Part shown: positions 11,601 to 24,805 of the stretch, one piece after another
Numbering within the stretch: the first letter of the stretch is position 1
Layout: each line of letters begins with the position of its first letter
NCBI GenBank assembly: GCA_009602735.1
Contig: WELA01003208.1
Coordinates: 265,230-329,229 of the forward strand
Origin: Mesotaenium endlicherianum
Taxonomy: Eukaryota
Length of the DNA stretch: 64,000 bases
Direction of reading: 5' to 3'
Program-made: the position numbers and the translations under genes
Notes under the pieces: generated by a model
Told to the model about the DNA's origin: nothing
Seen by the model: only the letters and a program-made list of their open reading frames with translations
Databases searched by the model: none

Positions 11601-12173
11601 TATGGAGACATTAGAAGCAGCCCTTACAGCAGCGAAGAAAGCTCTACAACACGCGCAAGATGCTCAAGCAAGAGTGGCGAACAGATCCAGAAGAGAAATT
11701 ACGTACAGAGTGGGTGACAACGTGTTACTATCATCCAAGAACATTTCCCTGAACAACAGGCCTGCCGGCAGCAAGTTCTCTCCCAAGTATTTGGGACCCT
11801 TCAAGATTATCCAGCAAGTCAACCCCGTTGCTTTCAAGCTAGAACTTCCCCAGACTATGCACATCGACCCCGTATTCCACGCTTCCCTCTTCAAGCCATA
11901 TGTGCAACCCGACAACAAGTTCCCAGGACGTGTGACAACCCCACCAGCCCCAACAATAGTGGATGATCATTTGGAGTACAAAGTGGAAGACATAGTGGCT
12001 AAGAGAAATTTCAGGAGACAACAGCAATACTTGATCAAGTGGAAAGGATATCCAGGTTCGGAGAACAGTTGGGTGGCGGCGCACTACCTTGACAAAGTTC
12101 AGAGAAAGTTGAAGCGCTTCCATGCCGTCAACCCCCATCTTGGACCAGCCCCAAGTCTCTCTACTAAAAGCCC
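8523..12173 (+). CDS. pol: Retrotransposon Pol (protease, RT, RNase H, integrase, chromodomain), -1 frame to gag; RT core and C-terminus in N gaps
   Basis: Protease ILVDSGAQGNFI; RT thumb FLGFANWYRKFI; RNase H TDASSYAIGAIL...EREALAIV...TDH; integrase H-x6-H...CDTC, D..D..E (SMDLI, VSDRD, GQTER) and GPF motif; chromodomain EYKVEDIVAKR...YLIKWKGYPGSENSW. Confidence 0.92.
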
Positions 12174-13071
12174 NNNNNNNNNNNNNNNNNNNNNNNNNNN
12201 NNNNNNNNNNNNNNNNNNNNNNNNNNNNNNNNNNNNNNNNNNNNNNNNNNNNNNNNNNNNNNNNNNNNNNNNNNNNNNNNNNNNNNNNNNNNNNNNNNNN
12301 NNNNNNNNNNNNNNNNNNNNNNNNNNNNNNNNNNNNNNNNNNNNNNNNNNNNNNNNNNNNNNNNNNNNNNNNNNNNNNNNNNNNNNNNNNNNNNNNNNNN
12401 NNNNNNNNNNNNNNNNNNNNNNNNNNNNNNNNNNNNNNNNNNNNNNNNNNNNNNNNNNNNNNNNNNNNTAAGAGAGATATGATGCTCTAAGTAGAAGGGG
12501 GTCAGGCTGCTGGCATTGTTAGGGCAGAATATGCCTTCTGACATTGTGCCCTCCCCTGAACTTGGAATGCTCTGAAACTTAAGACTCTGGTAGAATATCT
12601 TACAGCGCCTAGTTTGAGACTTAGTTTGGCGCATTTGGAGAAGTATAGAAGGACTTATGATTTTCAGAAGTTTCTGCACAGATTTGGAGGAGTGCCTACT
12701 CTCTCAGCTCTCAACGACACTCCAGAAAGTAGAATGCTCTCAAATTTGATGACCCGGTAGAGTTCTCCGACGCGGTCCGTCTGGCACTCAAATTTTCAGA
12801 TTTGGAGCAGTTCTGTGGCCGCTATGAATTTTTGAATTCGTGGCAGATTCTGGGCCAACTTGTACAATTTTCTTTATCATTAAGGAGTAGGCTAGCCAAT
12901 AAGGTCACACCACCTACGACCTTGCCTAGTCTACCTTACATGTGTAGCACCTGACTTGGCGCCTTTGACTACTCCTCTTCACATGTGGGGCATCTGACTT
13001 GAAGCTGTTGACTAGTTTGCTCCACATGTGTAAGACCTGACTTGACGCGCCGAGACGTCGCTTTTTCTATC

Positions 13072-13081
13072 GGGGGGGTGA
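13072..13081 (+). promoter_or_regulatory. Polypurine tract of copy 1
   Basis: GGGGGGGTGA directly before the 3' LTR start TGTAG. Confidence 0.85.
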
Positions 13082-13584
13082 TGTAGTGATTTGAGTTATT
13101 ATATATTAGTTTGCATATATTTTAATGTTTTCAAATATATTTGGAGTAGTATTGTGTGGAGTCAAGTGTGAATAGGTACTCTAGTAACTTGGTTCATGTC
13201 CTTTGAACCTTCCAAGGCATTTTCGAAGTTAGAGGAAAGACCTAGAAGAACTCCATGTGGCAAAAGTCAAATGTGCCATTTTTAGGTCAAAAGGACATGT
13301 GTACATTATTCTAGAAAGAGGTGGCAAGTTTTGGGATGTGTTGGGTGCCAACACATCAACATACACCTTCCTAGAAATTACTTATGTAGCAAGTATATAA
13401 ACAAGAGCTGGAACATAGAAAGACATTCCAGAATCACTCTTGTACTTGCCAAAATCCAGAAATATATTAACTTTCAAGAAGCCATCTCTCTTTCAAGAAG
13501 CTACCACTTGTGTTCAAAGATCCTTGTCTTGAATAGATAAAGTATTATATTTCACTAAGTACTTCATCTATCTGTTTCACTACA
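13082..13584 (+). repeat. 3' LTR of chromovirus copy 1 (503 bp)
   Basis: Direct repeat of 6790-7283, followed by the TSD ATCAA. Confidence 0.95.
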
Positions 13585-15199
13585 ATCAAAGTTTGTTGCT
13601 CAACATTACACCTTCTTTGTACTTCTTTGTAATCGTCGTGCGTGGATCTCAAAGACTCAACTGGGAGTGCATATCATTCTGAAAGAGTACATAAAACAAA
13701 TGTTGGGATTGTCTCTGCGGCTTGTCTTTACTTACAGCGACTAAGTTGTGCACACGTTTCGAGATTGTCTTTGCGCCTTGTTCATACATATAATAGCTAG
13801 TTTGTGCACAATTGGTCCAGCTAAGAAGACTATACTATTTCATGAGTCCAGTTAAGAAGGACTTGGAACGGCTTGCAAATCACGCACTGAAGCTGCAAAC
13901 ATCTTTGACTTGATAATTTGTGTAGGATGTAGTTGTGAAACATGTAATATATGATGACTATGTAGAATTTATATATTCATGTTACAAATGTCAATTTAGG
14001 ACACTACAAATAATCTACTTTTACAAATTTACAAACATGTAAACTTTTTGCCACCAATATTGGTCATTGGCACACCTTTTGTAGCATATGTTTGAGCACA
14101 AGAGAAAGTGTGAAGTAGTGGGTGTAAAGCTAAAAGAAGAAATGATGACAAAAGAACGTGTCACTGATAACAATCGTGAAAACTTCATCTTTTCATAAGT
14201 CTCAAGATGTTTAACTGGAGACATTGACAATACGATCAAGAGTAAAACATTACGTATACAAATTGACAAACTTTACTACAAAATTAAATAATTGTGTATT
14301 GAAGTTGAAGATTTTATTACGTAGTGTTCACTTACAACGTCATATGTAACATTCAAATTTGTATGTAGATACGATTGATGCAAAATCAGGTTCTTTAAAT
14401 TTTATTAATCATGTTTGCTACAATTATGCCCCTCTATAAGTTTGTGAAGGTCAATCTACAGCCGCTATATTGCAGATTTATTTTCATATTGGTTGTTTAC
14501 ATGCAAAATCACATTGGTATCTCTTGAGGCACGCGTTGATCTCCGCAAATCTTACACGTTAGTAATTTTATCCCTGCATTGGTTTTCCTGTGAGCGGATG
14601 CAATGTGCGGCGCTTACAATGCCAGGTTGGTCTGTGCAATTGTCCCATGCCTGGCGTGGCACGTGCAAAAATATCACCCGTTTGAAACACGGTGGGTGGA
14701 AAGAGGTTTGGTCAACCTACTCTAGCACCTGATGCACCCGGGTTGTGGTCGAGAGTAGTTGCATTCCTTGCAGTAGACTCACTGCTAAGAATTGTCTGCT
14801 ATCTTGGTTGGTCTCTAAGCCTGCGCCAACTGGACGGAGGATGAGAGAGGTGCGAGGATGAGAGAGGTGTGAGTGACAATCACACAATGAACATTTTGAA
14901 GGAGAGACTGATTGCAAAAACTTAATTATTTATGTTCTCTTCCGTCGAGCTGTGGACAGTGGCACATTGGCACGTGCAACTACATTTGTACTGGCGCTCT
15001 CAGTTTCTCACGCAGTGTCACTCTTTCTATCTTTCATCTTGAAATTTGAGTTGAACTTCATATCTTCCTTATGTCCAGAAGATGAAAACATATTCATTTA
15101 TTCTGTTGTCAACTACCGTCAAGTGTGGTTGGCCTTAGGCCCAAATAGAATAAGCACACAATGTATCTCTGAACCAAGCTGATTCTCTCTTTGAGACTT

Positions 15200-15480
15200 G
15201 CAGAGATGGACACTAGAAGGCGCAAAGAGAGAGGTGTCTAAGCCGTGGCCCATATGGGAGTTTGAGGCCACCCTGAGACCAACGAAGGCCATGGGCGAAG
15301 TATGGGAGATACGACTTTACACGAGATTTACATTGTACAACAAAGGTCGGGTGCAACTTCACAATGTTTACTACGTGTTTGCAAGAGTCTCTCAAGCTTG
15401 AGATGGCTAAGAGGTTGTTCAACTCTTTTTGATCACCACACAGACCACGACTCTGACACTTGTGACTAACCACAATCTAT
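15200..15480 (+). pseudogene. Highly decayed Ty3/gypsy integrase fragment
   Basis: One frame reads PYGSLRPP*DQRRPWAKYGRYDFTRDLHCTTKVGCNFTM, which resembles the GxLxPLxxPxRPWxxxxxDFxxxLPxTxxGxN integrase N-core. Confidence 0.5.
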
Positions 15481-15785
15481 CTTGCTGAAAGGTATGAAGA
15501 AGTCCCTTTCACGTGGTGGAAGTCTGAATGTGCAAGTAGCGGAGGTTGCGAGGGTGTGTATACAGTATACTTGCCATTGATGATATTCAACTTTGTTTGC
15601 GTGCGACCTTTATTTACAATCCCGTGTATGTTGCAATTTGCATACGCCTACTTTTTGTTTGCGTGTGTTGTTTTGCAGAGACGTCATGAAAGGACTACCT
15701 AAGGCTAGTGTAGAAAGGATATCTGCATTGTGCCAAACAGTACTGTAAAGACATCAGACACTTCCTTCATGGTTGTCCTTTGATG

Positions 15786-15996
15786 TTGGGCAGCTGGCTG
15801 TGGGCAGTTGGCTACGTGCTTGACGCTGTCGGCCAGCGACAACTGGCTGCTCTTTAGTCTTGAACAGCTCGCTGCATGCTCGACGAGCGCTGTCGGGCAC
15901 TTGGTTGCGTCTCAACTTAGAACTAGTGGCCGAAAGCCCTACGTCAGTCGCTGCTGGACAATTGGCTGCCCTTTGACGTTGGACAATTGGTTGCGT
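15786..15996 (+). repeat. Degenerate short repeat with motif GGRCARYTGGYTGC
   Basis: About seven irregularly spaced copies, for example gggcagttggctac, cgacaactggctgc, ggacaattggctgc and ggacaattggttgc. Confidence 0.55.
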
Positions 15997-18544
15997 GTAC
16001 TTGTCAAATGTCACGTGTGTAATAATGACAAGGATGTTCCGATGATTTCATTTTTTAAACTTACTTGTGTGACTAGTTCATTCACATACTCGTGTATTTC
16101 ATTTAAATTTATTTCAATCGTTCCATTACCCATTGTATCCACCCAACCTTATTTACAATGCCACACACACTGCGTAAAAAGTCATTGAATAACAAAGAAG
16201 ACAACTCTCGTACATGTCTTTTTTGCACGCTATTAACAGAATGTAGATCAACAAAAAATGTGGATGCACACCACATAAGTGTTCTTATTGTTTCTCATTT
16301 ACTTTTCTCTTCCGTCGTATTTGGAATGGGTGATGTCAATTATAGACAAATAAATGATAATCATGTCATTGTAAATTGCGCACATTGCACCTGCTCACAG
16401 GACAAACGATGCGAAGGTGGAGTCACGAACGGTCCAATATAAACAAGTGTGCGCAAATGGTTTATATTCATATCATCACTCGTTTAATTTTTATTTTTGA
16501 TTTTTTTAGTCAATCAATCATATTTTTACAAAATACAAAGTAAGTAAATTTCAAATTTGAATTTTAGATTTTAGGATTTTAGGAATTAGAGTTCAATTTT
16601 TTTGAGGACTGTAACATGAGGAATCCAGGGTTTTACGGGATTTGAAATTGTAAAATCATAATATTATGAAATATAAAAATTTAAATTTACACTTTTCAAA
16701 CAGGTAAAAAACATCATTGTTACATATGATGTTTGTGATATTGCCTGAGATTAAAATCTTACCATAAAAAAACAAATATTGTAAGTAAGTACAATGTAAG
16801 TATTTGACTGCATGAAAAGTGCTATTGTATGTTGTAAGTTTATGCTCATGGAATCTTATTCGATTAACAAATTTTTGAGATCATTTTAAGAGCATTGAAA
16901 AGTGAATGTGAGTGCAATGTTCACGGTTTGTGTAAGCAGTAATTTTGGATTTTTGAAATGACAATATTTGTTTAAAAAACAGACAAGTTGGTCATTATCA
17001 ATGTACAACAAATCATGAAATAAAAATCACAATATTCTTGTTTTGACCAGACAAACTTTGAAAAATATTAAGATGTACTAAATTTTGTGTTGTAGTACTC
17101 CAATATTATTGCACAAGTATCGTATAATTCAGCAATAATATGATAAGAAAAATATCAAACCAAGAAAGAAGAAATTGTCTTACGCACAATGATCACTTTT
17201 TAATATATAATGATTTTACGTATTTACTTCTTAAATATTAATGCATTTTATGAAAATCTATACCAGACAAATTAGAAAAATATGAGTTGAATATTGATCC
17301 ACATTCTAAATGAAGTCATTTGGATTTACATTTATATAAGTGTAAAAATTACAATAGCTTTTATTATTAAAGGACTATTTTAGACTTTTATACATTTTTT
17401 GATATTATTATAATCATTATTAAATTACACATTGATGACTAGTTTTTACGAACGTCTTACAAAAATGTGAATCTTTTAGATATATCAAAAAAGAAACAAA
17501 AATCAACTTTGAATAATAGCTTTGTTTGTATTTAAGATTATTTACTTTGAAAATTTTATTCACATATATATATAAACACTTATACATTATCAAATTTGTA
17601 GTGTAAGTATAAACATACAAAAATATTACATCGTTAATTGTATATTGTAAATATAAACATTGGTGTCGAATAAGTTAGAGAACGTGAGTAAAATTTTAAT
17701 CCACATTTTTATAAAATTGATGTACATTTTAAGTATATATTTGTAAGAATTACAAGATTTTCTTAATTTTCATTAGATAATGTGAATCTTGTATAAATTC
17801 ATTACATTTATTATGTACGTTACATATACTACACAAAGTTGATTAGTTTGCACGAACTTTTTACAAAAAGACCGAATAATATAAAAAATCCAATTGTTGA
17901 AAATATAGTAGTTTTAAATTGTAACTGTATTAGTATTTTGATTGGTTCATTTTGGGATTGTTATTCAAATAAATATAAAAGATTTTGAATCATCCTCATT
18001 TATTAAGTACGTTATATCTGAGACGCATCATTGATAAGTTTGCACAAACATCTTATAGATTTTTATTTTTTGATGAAAAATATCAAAATAAAAATAAATT
18101 TATTTTTTTGTAATAGTGTTATTGAAGTTTTCTTAATTTAAATGCACATTGTCATAATATAATATAAAAATTTATTATTAAAGATATGTCTTATTGAATA
18201 TATAAATCGAGATTTAAAATATGTGTGATTAAAGTTATGTTTTTTACTAAATGTAAAAATAAATTGTTTTCATTCATTTTCAACTACACTACGTCTTTCT
18301 GTTGTCATCTATAAAAAGAAGTACAACAAATATTAACCAAAATCCCCCATGTGCCTCTCGAAGCGAGGATTTTTCTCGTGATGCATTACGCTTCTTTGGC
18401 TTTGAATATGACATTTAGGACTTACATCTTAGGCCGGTCTAATCTCACTGTCATGGATTCAGGTGCATTGAACAGCTCATTAACGCACGTTTTGCGCAAA
18501 AGTTCAAGTTGTTTCCCCACTGTAAAGCTGAACAACTACGTCTT

Positions 18545-20721
18545 CACCCTGAGACCGGGCATGGGCTAAAATGGCCTAAATTGGACTATATCGCGGTCCG
18601 TCAAAAGGTATAGATTCATTCCGAGCCGAATCGGCCCTTCTGGTTTGATTTTGGTATGATTCTTGTGGCGAGTTAATTGACTCATGAAACCAAATGCTTT
18701 TTTTTTAAGCGTTTGAACTTGAGATTTTCCTCGCTCGATAGTGAATCGACGTCAATTGCGAGTCCATGAGGCAAGTCAAAAAAATGTAGGACAAGCTGCA
18801 CACTAACAAAGCTTTTAATGTACACATTGCGCACATCTTTAGATTTGTAAGTCTTCCGCGCCATATGCTCCTCCTGCAGATGACCTTCAAACTTGCCTCC
18901 AACAATTACTATGTACACGTAAGACTACATAAAATTTTAACACTTAGTCGATCGACAATGAGACCGATTATATTCCAATTTTTGAAAAAGTTCTCACGCT
19001 TTTGTGGTCCGAGAGGTGCGTGATCACCTGCCCGCCCTTCTCCTCCCCCCTCCAGCCAGCTCAAGCCACCTGTTGGACCCTCTCACTCACATGCGTTCAT
19101 CCGTCATGTACATGAGGAGTCGCATGCATGCGACCTTGCCTGTAGCTTATCCTCTCAGCCACTTCCCGCGCCAGCCAGCCCCATCTACACCTGCCATAGT
19201 CTAGAGCAAGCAAGACCTTTCGCCTAGACTTCCAACACGAGCACTGGCATCGACATCACTTGGAGGAAGAGGCAGAGGAGGAAGAGGAGGAGGAGGAAAG
19301 AACAAAAGGGGATATGGATTTCTTGTCAGCTTCAAAGAGAAGGTCTCCCCTACCTGTTGTTGCACAAATAAATTGTTGCTCTGTCACTCATCCAGTGGTG
19401 TTGCTGACAGCAAGAGTCCTTGCTTGATGCCATGATTGTTGACATCAATCGCAATGTTCCCTTGCCCTCTCCTACCGACAATAGCAGAGGACCTCTCTAG
19501 CTAATTAACCTTAAGCTCCTTGCAAATTGATGTCAGCTTATGTCTTTTTTTACAAGCGTAAATGATGTCATAGCTCGCAAGTCAGAAGTAAATCAAAGAG
19601 TAAAAGCCGAGGGAGGATTCGAGAAGAATAACAGGAAATTGCTAGAGATCAAAAATCATGTAGTGGAAGAAGACAAGGAGCTTGGATGCACGACGGGTTA
19701 TCACAGACAAGTCTTAACTCGCTTATTGATAAGATGCTACAAACATTTATTTTGTTTTTGTGTACCGTCTTGATCAAAATAGACGGTTTGTTATAAATTA
19801 TGAGTTGGCGTTGAAGGTACATCTTTAAATAGACGTTCAAGGTACATCTTTATCCCACATTCTAATAGACGTAGTCATAGGTGTTGATCGAGACAAGGTA
19901 TATAGAGTTTGCCTCGACAAACAGTCAAGTATCTACACCATCACGGGGCACGGACTCTATATTCCAACTACGTATTCACCAAAGAATTTGTGCATCCTTG
20001 AAGTGATCTCCAAGTCCGTCGCGTCTGGTAGGAAATTCAACTTCGTACATGGGTCTTGCCTTGGGTGACGGGTGGTAGGATGTTAGATGCATTGTGTGCA
20101 TAGATGTAGATGATGTGTCAGAGCTTGTTAGATGCAGGCTTGATGTGTTGGGCATTCGTTACTGTGAGGATTACGAGTGGTGGCGAGTTGCATCTGGATG
20201 TGTCATTTCAGATATAACAATCATGATCAACGTGACACGGTGCAAAATATTCTTGTATGGGCACTCGCTCCACTTGAAATTGCCCAGAGAGTCGACCGCG
20301 CCCACCTTGTGTAGTTCCAACGATAACGGTATCGGTCACAATTAAAGTTGTCAAATAATCGACAAAAATCCGCGCCTGGACTGGTTTACTTCCAGCAATG
20401 TCGGAAGTTCTAGATTTGCTGAATCACATAATGACATACTTCACCGGCTACTTCTATTGAAAAAATACGGGATAAATCAAAAGCGTTAGATTCACTCAAA
20501 CACGGAATGAGCTACTTCACCCGTTTCTTTGTGTACCAAAATGCCCGCTTGTTAGAACAAGAACATCCTAAACGTGGCCAAAAGTCACGGAATGAAATTA
20601 ATAGTCAAAGTAAATGTGCATTCGGCTCAAATTTGGTCGGGTTTGCCCGTGGGCCGATCCGACTCGGTATAACTCCATACCAAGATTTCAAAAATATTTG
20701 CCCCATGCCGGTCTCACGGTG
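18545..20721. mobile_element. Non-autonomous TIR DNA transposon, CAC...GTG termini, 2-bp TT target duplication (CMC/EnSpm-like by inference)
   Basis: Left end CACCCTGAGACCGGGCATGGG; right end reverse-complement CACCGTGAGACCGGCATGGGG; TT on both sides. Removing the element and one TT restores the protease frame EQLRL-DDGSLAQIG. Confidence 0.85.
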
Positions 20722-23700
20722 TTGACGATGGTTCTTTAGCTCAAATTGGCACAATTAGGTTGTCTCTCAAGGTGCAGTTATACCATGGCCATGAGAAGTT
20801 CTATGTAACAAACTTGCCCAATGGTGTTGATGCAATTCTTGGTAACACGTGGCTTAAGCAGACAAATGCATTGTTGGACTACGGTCAGAATATGTGCATT
20901 GTTTGCAAGGGAGGTCGGAAGATAACTTTTCAATCCCTTAAGTCCGATATGGATATTGATTGTCCTTTGAAAATTGTTCTTTTGTCCATAAAGCCAGCTC
21001 GGCATTTGGCGAAGCAAGGTCAACATGTTTTCTACGAACTACTGCAACACACTCTCGCAGAGTCCTCTTCTTCACTCTTTACGGAAGAGCCAAAACCAGA
21101 CATCCCTGATCATGTTGCAACACGTACCAAAGAGCTGTCTGCTCTTTTGCAGAAGTACAAGTCTGTGTTTTCACCTGACATACCTGCAGATGTACCACCT
21201 GACAGAGGTCTCGGGCGCACCATTCTTCTCCTTCCCGATGTTTAACCTACTTGACGGCCAATATACCGCCTAAATCCGTTGGAAGAGATAAAGACCCCAA
21301 ATGCCAACTTGCTGGCAAAAGGATGAATTGAGCCGAGCTCTTCTCCATTCAGGACGCCCATCCTCTTTTGTTCATGAGAATGATGGGACCCTACAAATGT
21401 GCATTGATTATTGAGCGTTGAACAATATAACGATCAAGAACCGCTATTTATTGCCGTGCATCGATGATTTGTTTTATTCGTTACAAGGAGCACAAGTATT
21501 CTCCTTGTTTGATCTAGCGCAAGGCTACCATCAAATTTGGATCAAACCAGAGCATGTTCCCAAAATGGTGTTTTGGACGCGCCTATTGGCCACTTCCAAT
21601 ACAAAGTCCTCAATTTTGGACTTACCAATACACTAGCGACATTCCAAAGCACAATGAACGATGTGTTTAGACCTTATTTGGATAAGTTCGTCTAAGTCTA
21701 CCTCGACAACATCCTAGTCTATTCAAGACGGAGGCCGAGGATTACAAACACCTAGAATTGGTGTTGTATATTTTTTGTGAGTAAGCTCAAAAGATATTCC
21801 TTCCTAAAAGATGAATTGCTGTACCTCGGCCACATTGTGGGTTCACAAGGGGTTTGCCTTGACCCAGCCAAGATCGCATGTGTTGCGGATATTGGCGTGT
21901 CCTCAAAGATGTACATACCGTCCGTTCATTTCTTGGGTTTGCTAAATACTTTTGTAAGTTTATGCAAGGTTACTCAGTGATGGCGGCGCCTCTCACTACT
22001 CTAACCAGGAACAATGTGCCGTTTATATCAAATGAGAACTTGCAGTTCACGTTCAACCGCATTATGTATACCCTCACTCATGCGCCGATTCTCACATTGG
22101 CCGATCCTAATCTGCCTTACAAGGTAGTTGCGGATGCGCCCGTTGTTGGGATAGGGGCTGTTTTGCTGCAAGCAGACAAGCCTATCAATTTGGAGAGTCG
22201 ATATCTGACACCTGCCAAACAAAGCTACTCAACGACAGTGCAGGAGCTTTGGACAGTCATATACGCTTTGAGAATTGTCGATGTTATTTGGAAGGTTGCA
22301 AGGGTCTGACAGTGGTTACGGATCATTGCCCAAATACCTTCTTTCAAATACAGCCAATGTTATCAAGACGGCAGACGAGATGGTCTGAGTTCTTGCAACG
22401 ATTCCACTTTACTTGGGCGTATTTCCCTGGTCGCAACAACGTTGCCGACTCGCTAAGCCGAATCACCCATGAGATTTTCTTACTGTGGCCAGTTGTTGAG
22501 GTTCTAGAAAAAAACGGCCAGGCTTCAAAGCTGGCCACTCTTAATTCTGCTATACCCCTCAACTCAAATACCAAACAGCCTGGTGACGCGGGCGAGCCCT
22601 TCTTGGGTAGTATAGCTGATTCTCCCTCAGGTGACCTGCACCAACTGATTAAAGAAGGTTACACCAAGGATCCGTTTTTCCTAGATCACCTGGGTACTGT
22701 CTTGAACCAAGTAGGGGTAGTGATGTGCAGTATGAACAAAAGGAAAAATTCCTCAAACTATACATTTGAGACGAGGTTTTGGTGGCACAATGGGCGCATT
22801 GTGGTCCCAGTAGGCCAAGTAAGACATGTGCTCAAGGTTGATGTGCTCAAGGTCGATGTTGCCGAGTACATCACCAACTGTGCGACATGTCAGAGGAACA
22901 AGTCGAGCAATGCATTACCTACAGGGAAGCTGCTACCATTAGAACTTGCTGGTGTCCCTTAGGAAAGCATTAGCTGCGACTTTGTCGTGGAACTGGTTAC
23001 CACTAAACAGGGTCACAATGGGGTGTTAGCAATTGTAGATCGTTTCACTAAGATGGTGCACTTTGTGGCCACTAAACCATCATGTGATGCAAAAGAGACG
23101 GCTCGTCTCTTCGTTGATCTCGTATTCAAGGTACATGGGATGCCAAAAGAGATCAGAAGTGATTGTGATAGTAGATTTACAAGCAAATTTGGCAGGAAGT
23201 GTATTACGTATTTTGGCACGAAACTTAAGATGTCAACTAGCTTTCATCCTCAAACCTATGGCCACACAAAAAGGTTGAACCACGTTCTTCAAGAATTCCT
23301 CGGGCATTATGTGAATTCTCGCCATGACGATTGGGATACCCTACTCTCAATTGCAGATAAGGCTTGTTAGGAAAGTCTTAAGAAAACTCTATTTTTTCTT
23401 AACTATGGAAGATACCTCCACATTCCTCTCACTTCAATGGTTAACAATGAGATGGGGGTGTCAACCATGAGAGTTCCAAGTACACGCCAATTTGTTCACT
23501 CTCTTTAGGAGGTGCACAAACAAGCAAAGATGACCTTTGTCGCTACTCGAGACAGACAGAAGAAGTTTGCTAACACGCACAAACAAGAGTTGAGTTTTGA
23601 GGTTGGTAATCAAGTACTTCGCAAACCAAAAACGTGCAACTCAAGCACCCACAAAAGTGTAAGCTTCTGTCTCGCTGGGTAGGCCCTTTTACGATTATAG

Positions 23701-24278
23701 CACAGATTAATCTTGTTGCACATCGACTGGACTTACCGACGTCCGTGGGACGAACACATCTTGTGTTTCATGTCAGTCTACTCAAGCTATTTAGGTCTGA
23801 CGGACGCTATCAGCCACAGCCACTGGAATTAGATCTCGCCGATGATGATATAGCTTGGGATGTAGAGGAAGTCTAAGGACATCGCTACACTCGTCATAAG
23901 CCTCCACGAGTATAACTTTTGATTAAGTGGCTCGACTACGATTCGAGTTGGAATTTGTATCAACCGCAGGATGAAATCCTACTGATTTGTAGTGACCTAG
24001 TTCAACAGTACTGGTTAAGTTGGGCCGATGCTCAATGTCTCCAATGCTCAATGTCTTAGTGCTCAGGCAAATAGCGTGCTGCCTGGCAAAACTCTTAAGC
24101 TAGTGAACAAACACAAAAGAGCCGCGGCCAAGTAGTCGATTTTTTTTGTCCCTCTTCCGATTGCAATCAAATTTCGCCAGAAATTATGTATCGACTCGCT
24201 GCGGGTAAATCTTACGCACATTACAACTTAAAATACGTACCTTAACGCGGACGTTAAATTCTTTTAAGGGGGGATGAG

Positions 24279-24805
24279 TGTAACCATCCGAGCTTTGAAA
24301 CGTATTTAGGACGTTTTTCCTAATTACCTAAACTACGTTATACTTTTGATTTGTTAAAAATTACATTTATTTGAATTTATTGTATTGCCACACTTGTGTG
24401 CCAACTAATTCTAGTCGATTGGCAAACGACCAGCAAATAAATTGATAACGTATCACCGATTGCTTTGCAAAAGAATAACATAGTTCATCATAAAGATGAA
24501 CAATTAAGTTAATTAATTACAAACTAATAAATAAATTATGACTTTTACTATTTTGGATAATGACTATCACTGTTTCTTGTTAGCGACAATCATTAATTCA
24601 AGAAAAAATACGAATAGTGACCCAAGGGAGTCACCGACCGGAAATCGAGCCCGCGACCTTTGGGCCGCGTCAGCGCAATTCCGCGACAGTCGTAAAGTCA
24701 GACGAATTTGTTTTTGCAAAGTTCACAAAGTTGAAAACGCACATGAAATAATCATTCTTTCTTGAATACCGAACGAAAATCCTTTAGAAAAGTAAAAACG
24801 TTACA
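24279..24805 (+). repeat. Putative 3' LTR of the degenerate chromovirus (527 bp)
   Basis: Starts TGTAAC directly after the PPT and ends GTTACA (6-bp terminal inverted repeat). No second copy in the window confirms the end. Confidence 0.7.

Larger units (their letters stand above)
6790..13584 (+). mobile_element. Full-length Ty3/gypsy LTR retrotransposon, chromovirus (copy 1)
   Basis: 5' LTR 6790-7283 and 3' LTR 13082-13584 (TG...CA; TGTAGTGA/TCACTACA in the 3' LTR). Perfect 5-bp TSD ATCAA at 6785-6789 and 13585-13589. PBS at 7285, PPT before the 3' LTR, and gag then PR-RT-RH-INT-chromodomain order. Confidence 0.97.
18400..24805 (+). mobile_element. Degenerate Ty3/gypsy chromovirus of a second family; 5'-truncated and interrupted by a TIR element
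   Basis: Protease N-half TVMDSGA...INARFAQKFKL at about 18445-18544, continuing at 20724 (DDGS...VDAILGNTWL). Frameshifted RT (TIKNRYLLP, DLAQGYHQI), RNase H (VVADAPVVGIGAVL, VVTDH), integrase (IVDRFTKMVHF, SFHPQT, WVGPF) and a chromodomain remnant (WDVEEV...LIKWLDY) follow. PPT AAGGGGGGATGAG, then an LTR. Many stops and frameshifts. No 5' LTR or gag found. Confidence 0.9.

Noticed and set aside
7166..12138. Antisense and alternative-frame ORFs over gag/pol
   Set aside because: Shadow frames of the retrotransposon coding sequence with no independent motifs.
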